Positions 41,142-51,241 of a stretch of DNA of 64,000 nucleotides are shown here, piece by piece; position 1 is the first letter of the stretch; the number at the start of each line of letters is the position of its first letter. The notes under the pieces are model-generated. The model searched no databases and was not told the origin of the DNA. It saw only the letters and a list, made by a program, of their open reading frames with translations. The stretch is from Desulfatiglandales bacterium. Lineage in GTDB: Bacteria; Desulfobacterota; DSM-4660; Desulfatiglandales; HGW-15. Location of the stretch: contig CAXXJJ010000004.1 in NCBI GenBank assembly GCA_963667015.2, positions 1,440,001 to 1,504,000 of the forward strand, written 5' to 3'. Both the position numbers and the translations under genes were made by a program.

Positions 41142-41146
41142 AGCGG

Positions 41147-41620
41147 TTACCCCCTTTTCATATCTTTTGCTGCAGTCTCTATGGCATCAATTATTCTTGG
41201 ATGTGCACCGCAGCGGCAGAGATTTCCCTCCATGGCTTCAATGATTTCATTTCTATCGGCATCAGGATTTTCATTCAAAACACCATGGGCCTTCATGATC
41301 ATGCCGGGGGTACAGAATCCGCACTGGAGAGCATCGTGCTCAACAAAGGCCTTCTGGATAGGATGGAGAACACCGTCTTTTTCAAGACCTTCAATTGTTG
41401 TAACCTTTGACCCGGCCACATCTTTAATCTTTAACTGGCATGATGGCATAGCCTCATCATCAATGAGGACTGTACATGCACCGCAAAGCCCTTCACCGCA
41501 ACCGTACTTGGTTCCGGTAAGACCCAGGTCCGTGCGAAGCACCCATAAAAGATCACGGTCACCATCAACTTCCAATGTTACCGGTTTGCTGTTTAGCGTG
41601 AAGCTGATTTTTTCCTTCAT
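41147..41620 (-). CDS. (2Fe-2S)-binding small subunit
   Basis: GTKYGCGEGLCGACTV, QCGFCTPG, NLCRCG. Confidence 0.95.
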   Translation of the reverse strand: MKEKISFTLNSKPVTLEVDGDRDLLWVLRTDLGLTGTKYGCGEGLCGACTVLIDDEAMPSCQLKIKDVAGSKVTTIEGLEKDGVLHPIQKAFVEHDALQCGFCTPGMIMKAHGVLNENPDADRNEIIEAMEGNLCRCGAHPRIIDAIETAAKDMKRG

Positions 41621-41749
41621 AGGGATATCTCCTTCTGTGAATTTGTTGGATAAAATATGAACATGAATTCTATAGAATTTTTAATAATAATGCAAAGAGG
41701 TAAATAATTACATACAGTTCACCCTGCAGAAGCTTTATTTATGGTTTCA

Positions 41750-42010
41750 TCATTTTCTATTAACATTGCACTTCTGTAAATCAATAAAAGGGAACGCAAC
41801 ATAGGCTTCTTCATCCCAGTAGACCTGAACCGCATCGTATGGGCATAAACGCACGCATATATCACAATCATTAACACCCCTCACCATGTAGCAGAGGGGC
41901 GGATTTAAAAATGCCTTTCCTATACTGTATTTATTTTTACGGGCAAGGGTCATTTTATCAATTGCACCGCTGGGACACACCTTTGTGCAGAAAAGATATG
42001 AATACTTCAA
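41750..42010 (-). pseudogene. NapG/MauM-like 4Fe-4S ferredoxin fragment
   Basis: C.KVCPSGAI, CDICVRLCPYDAV, ends at KCN before the final cluster motif; N-terminus missing. Confidence 0.65.
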
Positions 42011-42079
42011 GAGGAGAAGGTTTGGATAGAAATTCAGGGAAAACAGCCTGCAAACTGTTTTCCCTGAAAGATAGTATGA

Positions 42080-42583
42080 TTAATTCACCGGGCCTTCGAT
42101 AGTCAATGCTACTCTTTCAACAGTGAATTCATTCTTGGACTTTGGGGCACCCATGCCGCCGCCCATGCCACCCATGCCACCGCCCATACCGCCTCTACCC
42201 ATACTAAGGTTCGGGCGCGGGCCTCGACCGCCGGGAGTTTTTGTTTTGAATGACAGCTCAATCTTTTCACCCTTTATTTTCCCTTTATATTTCATAATTG
42301 ATTTCATGCCATACATTTCTGAAACCACGGAGAAACTGATTTTTTCACCTTTTATTTCAAGATCTTCCAGAGGCATCCATATTCCTGGGGCACCATTAAC
42401 CGAACCCATCATCGTATCGCCGATTTTTTTAAAATTAAAGGTATACTGCCTGGGCGTGCCGTCCATTCCTCCTTCCACTTCTCCTTTCCAGGTTCCCTCT
42501 ATGTCAACAGAAGATTCTTTTCCTGAAGAATGAACACAAACGACCATAAGAAGAAGACTTACAATAATTGCATAAATTTTCAT
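42080..42583 (-). CDS. Exported hypothetical protein with Gly/Met-rich tail
   Basis: Signal peptide, IEGTWKG, GGMGGGMGGMGGGMG. Confidence 0.7.
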   Translation of the reverse strand: MKIYAIIVSLLLMVVCVHSSGKESSVDIEGTWKGEVEGGMDGTPRQYTFNFKKIGDTMMGSVNGAPGIWMPLEDLEIKGEKISFSVVSEMYGMKSIMKYKGKIKGEKIELSFKTKTPGGRGPRPNLSMGRGGMGGGMGGMGGGMGAPKSKNEFTVERVALTIEGPVN

Positions 42584-42707
42584 AATTTTTCCCCTTTTTT
42601 GGATTTGATAAAATGAAACTGGATTAGAATTTTTTCAGACAAGTGAATCTTTTTTTACCTGCCTCCATCCGGGAAGAGAAAGTTTCCGGATGGAGACTAA
42701 TTATTAA

Positions 42708-44078
42708 TCAGGCATTTGCCACTGCCCTTTTCTGTGAGTTTGCGGCCATTATTTCTGCCATGTTCTTATCAGTCAACCTGTAAAAAGCCATTAAAAGTAT
42801 AGCAATAACTCCGCAGCCTGCTGGTATATAACAGATGATATCCATAAGATTACCTGCCATCTCCGGAGTCATATCAGTATTTGGAACATATCCTATAATT
42901 TCCAGCCCGAATCCTACCACAACCCCTTGTAAAGCGATTGCTATCTTAATAGGCACGGTGAACATGGACATAATAAATGCGCTGGCATCTTTTCCTGATT
43001 TATAATAGCCGTATTCAGCAGCATCCATGTACATTGCCTGACGCATCGGGCCTGCTGTTCCCAGAAGGAGGCTTCCAAGACATATAAAACCTGTAAAATG
43101 ATAAACGCTTAATGTCCCGTATCCGCGAAGTAATAAATATGACATGGCTCCCCAGGCTGTTGCAATGAGGTATGTTTTTTTCTTTCCAAGAAATTTTATT
43201 ACCACCGGCGCATACAATGCAGTGATAAAACTGAGAATGCCTGTTGCAAGCGTGTGATTTGCCATCCATGGTTCATTATTGGCTATGTATTTTAAGAAAT
43301 AGATTGCCATACCCATAATACTGAACAATCCCAGCTGAGCCATTACATCCGCAGACATCAGAAGCAGAAGCTGCCTGTTTACAAGAACCTGTTTCACCAT
43401 TTCCCATATTGTAATTTTATTGGTCAATTCGAGTTTTTTTGACGGATCGTATTTTTCATATTCCCGTGTCTGATAAAAAAGGTTCCAGTAACCAAAAATC
43501 TGAATGGCCGAAAGGAGCGCAACAGTGTAAAAATAAGCCCATGTTGCATCCTGAACGATTTTTAAATGTTCAAGCAGTCTTACTATTACCTGGCTGAATA
43601 CAATCGTGCTTGCCATTCCGAACTGGATATTTCTTACAGATAACCGCAGCCTCTCCTGTATATCCTTTGTCAGTACCGAAATAAAACCTATATGGGAATT
43701 AAATGCAAAATTAAGACTGACATGGCCAATAATATAGGCAAGGGTCAGGTAGACAATTTTCAGATTGTAACTCAGTGGCAGGTTGGCAAATGAAAGTGTA
43801 AAAAATATGCATGTTGTTAAGGGAATAAACAGGAACCATGACCTGAACTGTCCCCACCGCATCTGGGTCTTTTGAATTATACTGCCCGAGGCAAAGATCG
43901 AAAGGGTATCTATTGCTCCTCCAATCCCTATGATAAGGCTTATATGAATCGGAGATATCAGTGCAACATCTGTAAGGAATATCGAATAATACATCGTCCC
44001 TATATTCAACATCAGTGAGAGAGAAAAATTTGCCAGGCCGTAGCTGTTGACAACTAATCCGGGTAGTCTTTTTTCCAC
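42708..44078 (-). CDS. GPH-family (MelB-like) MFS transporter
   Basis: About 12 TM, WGQFRSW, GKKKT, D.AEYG..KSGK. Confidence 0.88.
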   Translation of the reverse strand: MEKRLPGLVVNSYGLANFSLSLMLNIGTMYYSIFLTDVALISPIHISLIIGIGGAIDTLSIFASGSIIQKTQMRWGQFRSWFLFIPLTTCIFFTLSFANLPLSYNLKIVYLTLAYIIGHVSLNFAFNSHIGFISVLTKDIQERLRLSVRNIQFGMASTIVFSQVIVRLLEHLKIVQDATWAYFYTVALLSAIQIFGYWNLFYQTREYEKYDPSKKLELTNKITIWEMVKQVLVNRQLLLLMSADVMAQLGLFSIMGMAIYFLKYIANNEPWMANHTLATGILSFITALYAPVVIKFLGKKKTYLIATAWGAMSYLLLRGYGTLSVYHFTGFICLGSLLLGTAGPMRQAMYMDAAEYGYYKSGKDASAFIMSMFTVPIKIAIALQGVVVGFGLEIIGYVPNTDMTPEMAGNLMDIICYIPAGCGVIAILLMAFYRLTDKNMAEIMAANSQKRAVANA

Positions 44079-44518
44079 GTAGAAATTCTCCTTTTAACAA
44101 GATATCAACACGTTGTTCTTATCAGCTTCCACAGAAACACACATTCAACACAAGATCAGTGAATTTTAAAAAATTGGACGTAATTGATTAGCATTTAGAT
44201 AGAAAGAAAGCAATAAAAGTATTACCCGGTGCTGACAGATCCGGCCAGGAACGCCCTCCTCCTGCATAGAGACTGCCTAAAGTAAAATCTTCCAGATATT
44301 AATACTTCGCGGTCAGGACTGATCCGACCTTCTGTTGCAATATGGACGGCTCAATGAAAAACCATTTTTTCCATGACAAATACAAATCTGACGAGTCAAA
44401 ATCTTTGAAAAAATGTGATGGGTTTAATCGAGTAATAGATGAGGATTATGAATGCGTTTACTTTTTTACCAATAAAACGTGGGAGAACTGCAGGTTTGAC
44501 CCGGATCGAAATTACAGC

Positions 44519-44854
44519 TTAGAAACTTATTGAATTATTTGACTTCGCAGGCTTTTTCTTTTTTGATTTTTCTTCTTTTACTGACAGGATCTTTTCCTGT
44601 TCTGTCATGTTTAATTGTACCACTTTATCCATGTAACCTTGTGCTTCTTTACGGGCAAAATCACTCAATTTTTGCTTGTCCTTCAGCAACTCCTGAACTA
44701 TCTCTTCATCAATAGACATGCCCCTGAGAAAACCATTAGTGAATGCCAGTTCAATTACATCATACTGAAACTTGGATAGTTCGCCTGAAATATTACCAGG
44801 AAATATAATCGCAAATAAACAGATGAAAAATAATGTCAATTTTAGATTATTCAT
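44519..44854 (-). CDS. Small exported hypothetical protein downstream of c-di-GMP riboswitch
   Basis: 111 aa, signal peptide, RBS AAGG. Confidence 0.65.
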   Translation of the reverse strand: MNNLKLTLFFICLFAIIFPGNISGELSKFQYDVIELAFTNGFLRGMSIDEEIVQELLKDKQKLSDFARKEAQGYMDKVVQLNMTEQEKILSVKEEKSKKKKPAKSNNSISF

Positions 44855-44940
44855 ATCAACCTTACCTCACTCAAGCAGACCAACAAAGTAAAATCATTCC
44901 ATACTGTTGTCCTTTTGCATTCATTAATCCTCTCAATCAA

Positions 44941-44975
44941 ACAAAAACCCGCCTCCATACGTAGAGAGCGGGTTT
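44941..44975 (-). terminator. Riboswitch expression-platform terminator
   Basis: Minus strand AAACCCGCTCTC...GGAGGCGGGTTTTTGT. Confidence 0.8.
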
Positions 44976-44985
44976 GCAGTATTTC

Positions 44986-45072
44986 ATTTTGCAACCCCGC
45001 TGCCTTATCTGTTATTAACAGACTTAGACCGGAAGCTTTGCGCCCTGTTCTTTCGAACAGTTTGCCCTTACG
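44986..45072 (-). ncRNA. c-di-GMP-I (GEMM) riboswitch
   Basis: Minus strand GGCAAACTGTTC-GAAA-GAACAGGGCGCAAAGCTTCCGGTCTAAG...GATAAGGCAGCGGGGTTGC matches the GEMM pattern. Confidence 0.9.
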
Positions 45073-45128
45073 TAGTTATGTAGTTATACTATATACATAT
45101 ATATTATCGGTAACTTATAAAGGTATCT

Positions 45129-45376
45129 TTAAATATTTATCAGTAAAGGTTTTAGAGCGATTATAATAAGCCATCCCATGACAAGATATAAAACTGTTAT
45201 GAATTTACTTTTCTTTTCACCGCCAAAACACTGAAAAACTATCCCTACGAAAGACAATCCCAAGCAGTGTTCAGCCCGGAGCTCCTTTAACAAAGCTAAG
45301 TGTGAATGGCGTATATGTTCCTGCAATCAAAAGAAAAATAACGATGTGATCGAGAATTTGAAAGACATCTTTAGCC
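45129..45376 (-). pseudogene. Hemolysin III / PAQR-family remnant
   Basis: DVFQILDHIVIFLLIAGTYTPF in one frame, LYLVMGWLIIIALKPL in another; both ends missing. Confidence 0.8.
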
Positions 45377-45759
45377 CTGTTTCTTCAACATTAACGTAGC
45401 TGTATTATTTACAAAGAATTTCATTATTCAAAAAATCGATATCAAATTCAAATCGAAAACAACCCTGAATCTCAGAAATAGTATCAGGAATAGCCAACTA
45501 ACATGATCATTCCGCAGGACATGGATTTTGATTAAAACTAAATTTAGCATCTTCTTATGAATATGGAAATACTCAGAAAATATCATATTTTATGTAAATA
45601 TATTTAACAGGGTATTAAAGGATGAATCTCTTTTGTCCGAATTATAGTTTAGAAACAATAGACAGTATCCTGATATACAGATAGGACAGGAAAGAAACGA
45701 GTCATTTAATAAGGATTGTTATTGATCATATTTCCAACAGTCCTTTTAGAAAGAAAAAG

Positions 45760-46221
45760 ATGTTAAAGCCTTATGTAGAGAAACTTGGAATTATTTATTC
45801 ATCATTATTGACCACCGGAATATCAACAATTATCTCGGTATGTATCACTGCATCAATTATGATCTGGTTGAAAATACCTTATCCTATTTTTACAAATGTA
45901 ATAATTATAGCCATCATCTGCCCATTAGTTATTGCAAGCCCCCTTTCATATTTCTGGTTTAAATTATTTGAAAGATCCAATAATGACAGGTTAAAGCTGG
46001 AAATATTAAATCAGAGACTTGAACAGACCTTAAAAGAAGTAAAAGAACTGAGCGGGTTGTTACCCATATGTGCTTCATGTAAAAAAATACGTGATGATAA
46101 AGGGTACTGGAATCAGTTGGAATCTTATATAAAAATACACTCAAAAGCAGATTTCAGCCATAGTATCTGTCCGGAGTGTGCCAATAAATTATACTCGGAA
46201 TTCCTCCCCAAAAAAGAATAA
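45760..46221 (+). CDS. Two-TM protein with C-terminal LPICASCKKIRDD...HSICPEC Cys motif domain
   Basis: Translation; this tail is familiar from deltaproteobacterial signalling proteins. Confidence 0.78.
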   Translation: MLKPYVEKLGIIYSSLLTTGISTIISVCITASIMIWLKIPYPIFTNVIIIAIICPLVIASPLSYFWFKLFERSNNDRLKLEILNQRLEQTLKEVKELSGLLPICASCKKIRDDKGYWNQLESYIKIHSKADFSHSICPECANKLYSEFLPKKE

Positions 46222-46566
46222 ACATCAGTTATCCTTACTTTCTGTTTACGCCCCTTCACTAGTATAAAAATCCTGACAGGTATTTTCCCCTGGTTACATC
46301 CCGGATTTAATCAGCCTGAATAATGAACTACGCCGTCACATGCGATGAGGCATTAAACCTTGGTTTGTAATAAAGCAATATCTTGCACAGATAATCTTTA
46401 AAACCGCAAAATATGGATAAAAATATTGACATACGTCTATATATATGTTTAACTATATATAATTTGATATAAAATTCTTTAATATTATAACAAATTATAA
46501 ATTTACTTCATATTTTTATGTTATTAACCATATTTTTAATATCAGGTATTTTAGAGAGGAAAAGAT

Positions 46567-46779
46567 ATGCAACAGGTATTTGATTCTAATAAGCTGACAG
46601 ATATGGAGATTGCGCTGAGTTTAATGCGATTGATGGATGACCCTGAAATAAACAAGGTCCAGAGAACTTCAAATATCAAAGATATTTGCACCCAGATGGT
46701 TGAAAGAGCAGTTGAAACATTTACAAACCCCTTTGCCAAAAATTTACTCATGTCTAAATTAGCTGAACAGGGTCAATAA
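46567..46779 (+). CDS. Small hypothetical protein
   Basis: 70 aa, GAGG RBS, AT-rich promoter region upstream. Confidence 0.55.
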   Translation: MQQVFDSNKLTDMEIALSLMRLMDDPEINKVQRTSNIKDICTQMVERAVETFTNPFAKNLLMSKLAEQGQ

Positions 46780-47236
46780 TAAAAACATTTCCACTTAATT
46801 CAGGTTACACATCCAAGAATCTGATTTTAAAATCGAAAAGATATCTACAGGGAGTATATATCCCTGTAGATATTCTGATCTATCATACCTGTCGAAAACA
46901 ACACCTCACAGATTTTATTCTTTCATCTTTTCAGTTTATTTGAGTTTCAGGCAGACTACACTTCCCTCCGCATCCCTGGCATAGAGATAATCTCCAACCA
47001 TAACGGGTAAGGCCCAGCATAGCCCGTCAAGAATCTTTTTTCGGTAAACCTCCCTGTAAATCAAGTTTATGCAGCTCCGAATGTTAATTGTTCATTCATG
47101 GCAAATTATCGATCGGTTATTATTATCTTGAATTGAAATTATACTCATTAAGGCTTATAAAAGAACCATCGAATAAATCCCTAAACTATACTCAGAAGAT
47201 TCAATAATTCTATTTAATCTAAAAGGAGGCTTTCAT

Positions 47237-48877
47237 ATGAGAGTTAAATATTCACGCTGTTTTACATTGTTACTAATACTGACCCTCTTCACCTTTGCCT
47301 GTGATTCTTCATCTCAAAAAACAGAGGTTAAGGAGAGCACTGCACCCTTAGCAGAGGCAGAATCGGTTGAAGCCCCTGATCTGGCAGCAAGGGTTGAAGT
47401 AACCGGAGGTACAATTGAAGGTATCGAGCAGGATGGAATTTTTATTTATAAAGGGATTCCATTTGCAGCACCGCCCGTCGGAGACCTGCGCTGGAAGGCT
47501 CCGGCTCCCGTACAGCCCTGGACAGGTATTAAAAAAACAGATACCTTCTGTGATGCCTGCATGCAGGCTGCCAACGCCATGGGAAATACCGCGCCGGTCA
47601 GTGAAGACTGCCTGTACCTGAACGTATGGTCACCCGCTAAAAAGACAGACGAAAAACTTCCGGTAATCTACTGGGTTCATGGGGGCGGTTACAGCGGCGG
47701 CTCTACAAGCACCCCGATGTATGACGGAACAGGTTTTGCTAAAGAGGGCGTGGTTCTGGTCAGTGTTGCCTACAGGCTCGGAGCCTTTGGATATCTGGCA
47801 CACCCGGAGCTCAGCCGTGAAAGCGGTCACGGGTCCGGAGCATATGGAATACTCGACATGATCCAAGGACTGAAATGGACAAAGGAAAATATCGCCAGGT
47901 TCGGAGGTGATCCTTCCAATGTAACCATCTTTGGACATTCCGCAGGCGGTGCAGCCGTCAGTCTGCTGACCGTAACACCGCTCACGAAAGATCTATTAAA
48001 CAGGACAATCTGCATGAGCGGAGGCTCATTCACTCCTCTTCAGAAGTCAAAAAATGGTGGAGCCGGACTTGGGATACCTGCCCTGGAGCTTGCGGAACAG
48101 AATGGTGAAGAATTTTTAAAGCAGCTGGGTGTTGCTGACATCGCCGCTGCACGTGCATTAAGCGCAGAGGATATCCAGAACAAACTTACCGGCGGAATGG
48201 GTGGCATGCGATTCCGGCCTGCTGCTGACGGGTATGTTATTTCCAACGACCTTTACTCATTATATCAGTCTGGTAGCTTTAATTATGTCCCCATTTTGCT
48301 GGGGCACACCTCGGATGAGGCTGCAGCCTTCGGAGGAAATCAGAATATAACCCCCGAGGCATTTGAAAATCAGGTAAAGGCCCAGTATGGGACTTTTGCG
48401 GAAAATATCCTCAGCGCATACCCGCATTCAACGGATGCAGAAGCAGCAAAAGCGTCAAAGGACCTCAGAAATGACAGCTCATTCTCCTGGAATACCTGGA
48501 CCTGGTCTAGACTCCAGGCACAGAAAGGAACAGCAAAGGCCTTCCAGTACTACTTTGATTATCATCCAGGTAATCCGGAGGCCGGTTCAGGCCACGGCAG
48601 TGATGTTCCCTATGCATTTCAGACACTGGGCGGACCCGAAGCACCGGCAGCGGAAGACCTGAAACTATCCGAAATGATAAGCACTTACTGGGTCAACTTT
48701 GCAAAAACCGGTGACCCGAATGGTCCCGGACTTCCGGAATGGCCGGCTTTTACAGAGGAAGATCAAAAGGTGATGACTTTTGATACCGAGCCTGGCGCAC
48801 GGCCCCTGCCCGCCCTGGAAAGGCTAAAGGTAATCGATGCCTATTTCTCATCGCTGAGAGAAATGAGAAGAAGATAA
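47237..48877 (+). CDS. Type-B carboxylesterase (lipoprotein)
   Basis: Lipobox TFAC; GIPFA, SEDCLYLNVW, HGGG, GHSAG, GHGSDV. Confidence 0.93.
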   Translation: MRVKYSRCFTLLLILTLFTFACDSSSQKTEVKESTAPLAEAESVEAPDLAARVEVTGGTIEGIEQDGIFIYKGIPFAAPPVGDLRWKAPAPVQPWTGIKKTDTFCDACMQAANAMGNTAPVSEDCLYLNVWSPAKKTDEKLPVIYWVHGGGYSGGSTSTPMYDGTGFAKEGVVLVSVAYRLGAFGYLAHPELSRESGHGSGAYGILDMIQGLKWTKENIARFGGDPSNVTIFGHSAGGAAVSLLTVTPLTKDLLNRTICMSGGSFTPLQKSKNGGAGLGIPALELAEQNGEEFLKQLGVADIAAARALSAEDIQNKLTGGMGGMRFRPAADGYVISNDLYSLYQSGSFNYVPILLGHTSDEAAAFGGNQNITPEAFENQVKAQYGTFAENILSAYPHSTDAEAAKASKDLRNDSSFSWNTWTWSRLQAQKGTAKAFQYYFDYHPGNPEAGSGHGSDVPYAFQTLGGPEAPAAEDLKLSEMISTYWVNFAKTGDPNGPGLPEWPAFTEEDQKVMTFDTEPGARPLPALERLKVIDAYFSSLREMRRR

Positions 48878-48880
48878 GAT

Positions 48881-49281
48881 ATGAAGGTAATGGCTTTTAA
48901 CGGCAGTCCCAGAAAAAAGGACTGGAATACTGTAATATTATTAAAGAACGCCCTGAAGGGGGCTTCATCCAGAGGTGCGAAAACAGAACTTATCCACCTT
49001 TACGACCTGAAATATTCCGGATGCATAAAAAAATGAATGTTACCGATGAGATGGCAGAGGCTGCGGGATATAATAAGCATTTTGCCATGACTAAATGGGC
49101 ACTTGAAACTACCTTTGGAGAGTGCGAATTGATGCTTTGCACAGACACACTGCAGTATGATGATTATGACAGATATGACTCTGAGGCATTTGACGGGAAG
49201 GCAAAACTAAAACGTCACAAAGAGGTTTTTCCTGAGGACTGCAAACGAGCTTTTGAATTGGGTGTTCGACTGACATCATGA
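48881..49281 (+). pseudogene. Iron-sulfur flavoprotein/flavodoxin-family pseudogene with internal deletion
   Basis: MKVMAFNGSPRK..NT...YSGCI stops at ~49034; C-terminal part DTLQYDDY...AFELG continues in another frame; middle missing. Confidence 0.82.
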
Positions 49282-49417
49282 AGGATACAGGAATAAATAT
49301 AACGCTCTAAAGATAAAAAAAGAAGTAGCAATTTTAAGTGAATTAATTTAAAAGAATTATATATAATTTTAGTACGTTTTCTTTTAACTTTCACATGATA
49401 ATCGTTTTAATAACAGA

Positions 49418-50317
49418 ATGATGGAAGAATTAACCGAAGAAAAAAAACTGAAGATTAAACAGATTCAGACCTATATTGCCAAGATGCCAAGTCTTTCAAC
49501 AACTGTAACAAAGGTTCTTGAGATATGTAATAATCCTAATACCTCTCCCGGCGATCTAAACAAGGTAATCTCCCTTGATCCGGTTCTTACAGGTAAGGTC
49601 CTCAAACTCATTAATTCAGCCTATTATTCACTGCCTAACCAGGTAGCATCACTTACCCGGGCCATTATTATGCTGGGACTGAACACAGTTAAAAACCTTG
49701 CTCTCAGCACCGCTATCCTGGAAAATCTGGCGAGTTCCGGACTCTCAAAAGGGCTTTCCATGGATGATTTCTGGACCCATTCCATTTGTGTCGGGGTTAC
49801 AGCCAAGTCCATTGCATCAGCAATTGGGATACCGGTAACTCTAAGGGATGAATATTTTTTAACAGGGCTCCTCCATGACCTGGGAAAAATCCCTTTAAAC
49901 AATCGATTTCCTGAAATTTACATAAAGTCTCTTGAATTCACATCCAACAAACAGCTGCCTTTGCACAGGACAGAAGAGATAGTCCTGGGTATTAATCACA
50001 TGGAAGTTGGTCAAATGATTGCTGAAAAATGGCAGCTGAACGATTCAATGAAAGAAAGTCTTTATTATCACCACAATCCGGAGGAAGCCAAAGAAGAAAA
50101 CCATATCATGGTTTCAACCATTGCACTTGCAAACGCCTGTGCAAATAAATTCGAAACCGGATCAGCAGGGGACACAGCCCCAAAGGATCAAATGATTATA
50201 AAACTTCTTAAGCTTGTTGGCCTGGAATGGAAGACTATCAAGGATATCCAGGAAACAGTATTGATTGAGATAGATAAGGCAAGAGTATTTTTACAGCTAA
50301 CCAAGAAAGAAGAGTAA
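49418..50317 (+). CDS. HDOD-domain protein
   Basis: DPVLT.KVLKLINSAYY, FWTHS, GLLHDLGK, W.L...YHH. Confidence 0.92.
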   Translation: MMEELTEEKKLKIKQIQTYIAKMPSLSTTVTKVLEICNNPNTSPGDLNKVISLDPVLTGKVLKLINSAYYSLPNQVASLTRAIIMLGLNTVKNLALSTAILENLASSGLSKGLSMDDFWTHSICVGVTAKSIASAIGIPVTLRDEYFLTGLLHDLGKIPLNNRFPEIYIKSLEFTSNKQLPLHRTEEIVLGINHMEVGQMIAEKWQLNDSMKESLYYHHNPEEAKEENHIMVSTIALANACANKFETGSAGDTAPKDQMIIKLLKLVGLEWKTIKDIQETVLIEIDKARVFLQLTKKEE

Positions 50318-50319
50318 AT

Positions 50320-51237
50320 ATGAAAATCAAATTCTGGGGAGTAAGGGGATCCATCCCGTGTCCGGGGCCAAGTACGGTAAAATATGGAGGAAACACCGCC
50401 TGTATAGAAGTATGGTTTGAGGACATTGAGAGACTCATTATTATAGACGCCGGTTCCGGTATTAGAGAACTGGGAAATGATATGCTTAAACGGGACATGA
50501 TGAAGAAAGGGATAAGAGCCGAAATCCTTCTGACTCATACCCACTGGGATCATATTATGGGGTTCCCATTCTTTACACCCATTTACATCCCGGGTGCAAA
50601 ACTGAGTGTATACGGGCCTGTTACATATGAAGATGAGACACTTGAGGAAACTGTAGGGGGACAGTTAACCTATCGTTATTTCCCTGTTCGGCAGGCAGAG
50701 CTCGCAGCCAAAATTGAATATATCAGTCTCAAGGAAGAAAAACTGGATCTCGGGGATGGGATAAAACTAACCACAAAGTACCTCAATCATCCGGTACTCT
50801 GCCTTGGATACCGCCTGGAATATAAGGGCAAGACACTTTGTACAGCCTATGATACAGAACCCTTTCAAAATGTATTCTGCAGTGACCCGGATGACCCCTC
50901 ATATGATGAGGGTATGTTCAGAGAGGGAGAAGAGGTTGCAAAAGAAGAAAATCAACGCCTCGGCAGCTTTTTCTCCAGATCGGATCTTCTTATATATGAT
51001 GCCCAGTACACCAGGGATGAGTATAGCCCTTCCAAGATCGGCTGGGGTCATACATCCATCGAACATGCAATAGAATTTTCTGAGGGATGCGGAGTAAAGA
51101 GGCTTGCGCTGTTCCATCATGAGCCCCTGAGATCGGATGAAGAGATAGACAAACTGACTGATAAATACTGTGGACCCAGAAAGGAATCCGGAATGGAAGT
51201 ATCATTTGCCCGGGAAGCTGAGGAAATAATCATATAG
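50320..51237 (+). CDS. MBL-fold metallo-hydrolase (RNase Z/phosphodiesterase-like)
   Basis: WGVRGSIP, GGNTAC, THTHWDH, WGH, FHHEP. Confidence 0.9.
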   Translation: MKIKFWGVRGSIPCPGPSTVKYGGNTACIEVWFEDIERLIIIDAGSGIRELGNDMLKRDMMKKGIRAEILLTHTHWDHIMGFPFFTPIYIPGAKLSVYGPVTYEDETLEETVGGQLTYRYFPVRQAELAAKIEYISLKEEKLDLGDGIKLTTKYLNHPVLCLGYRLEYKGKTLCTAYDTEPFQNVFCSDPDDPSYDEGMFREGEEVAKEENQRLGSFFSRSDLLIYDAQYTRDEYSPSKIGWGHTSIEHAIEFSEGCGVKRLALFHHEPLRSDEEIDKLTDKYCGPRKESGMEVSFAREAEEIII

Positions 51238-51241
51238 TCAC

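Noticed and set aside
42150..42200. CCCATGCC(G/A)CC tandem repeats
   Set aside because: They simply encode the GGM low-complexity tail of the exported protein
44342..44533. 63-aa plus-strand ORF
   Set aside because: No RBS or recognisable motif, and it overlaps the convergent gene; cannot be supported
46841..46873. Palindrome ATATCTACAGGGA...TCCCTGTAGATAT as a mobile-element end
   Set aside because: Single copy just downstream of a small ORF; a terminator is the simpler explanation
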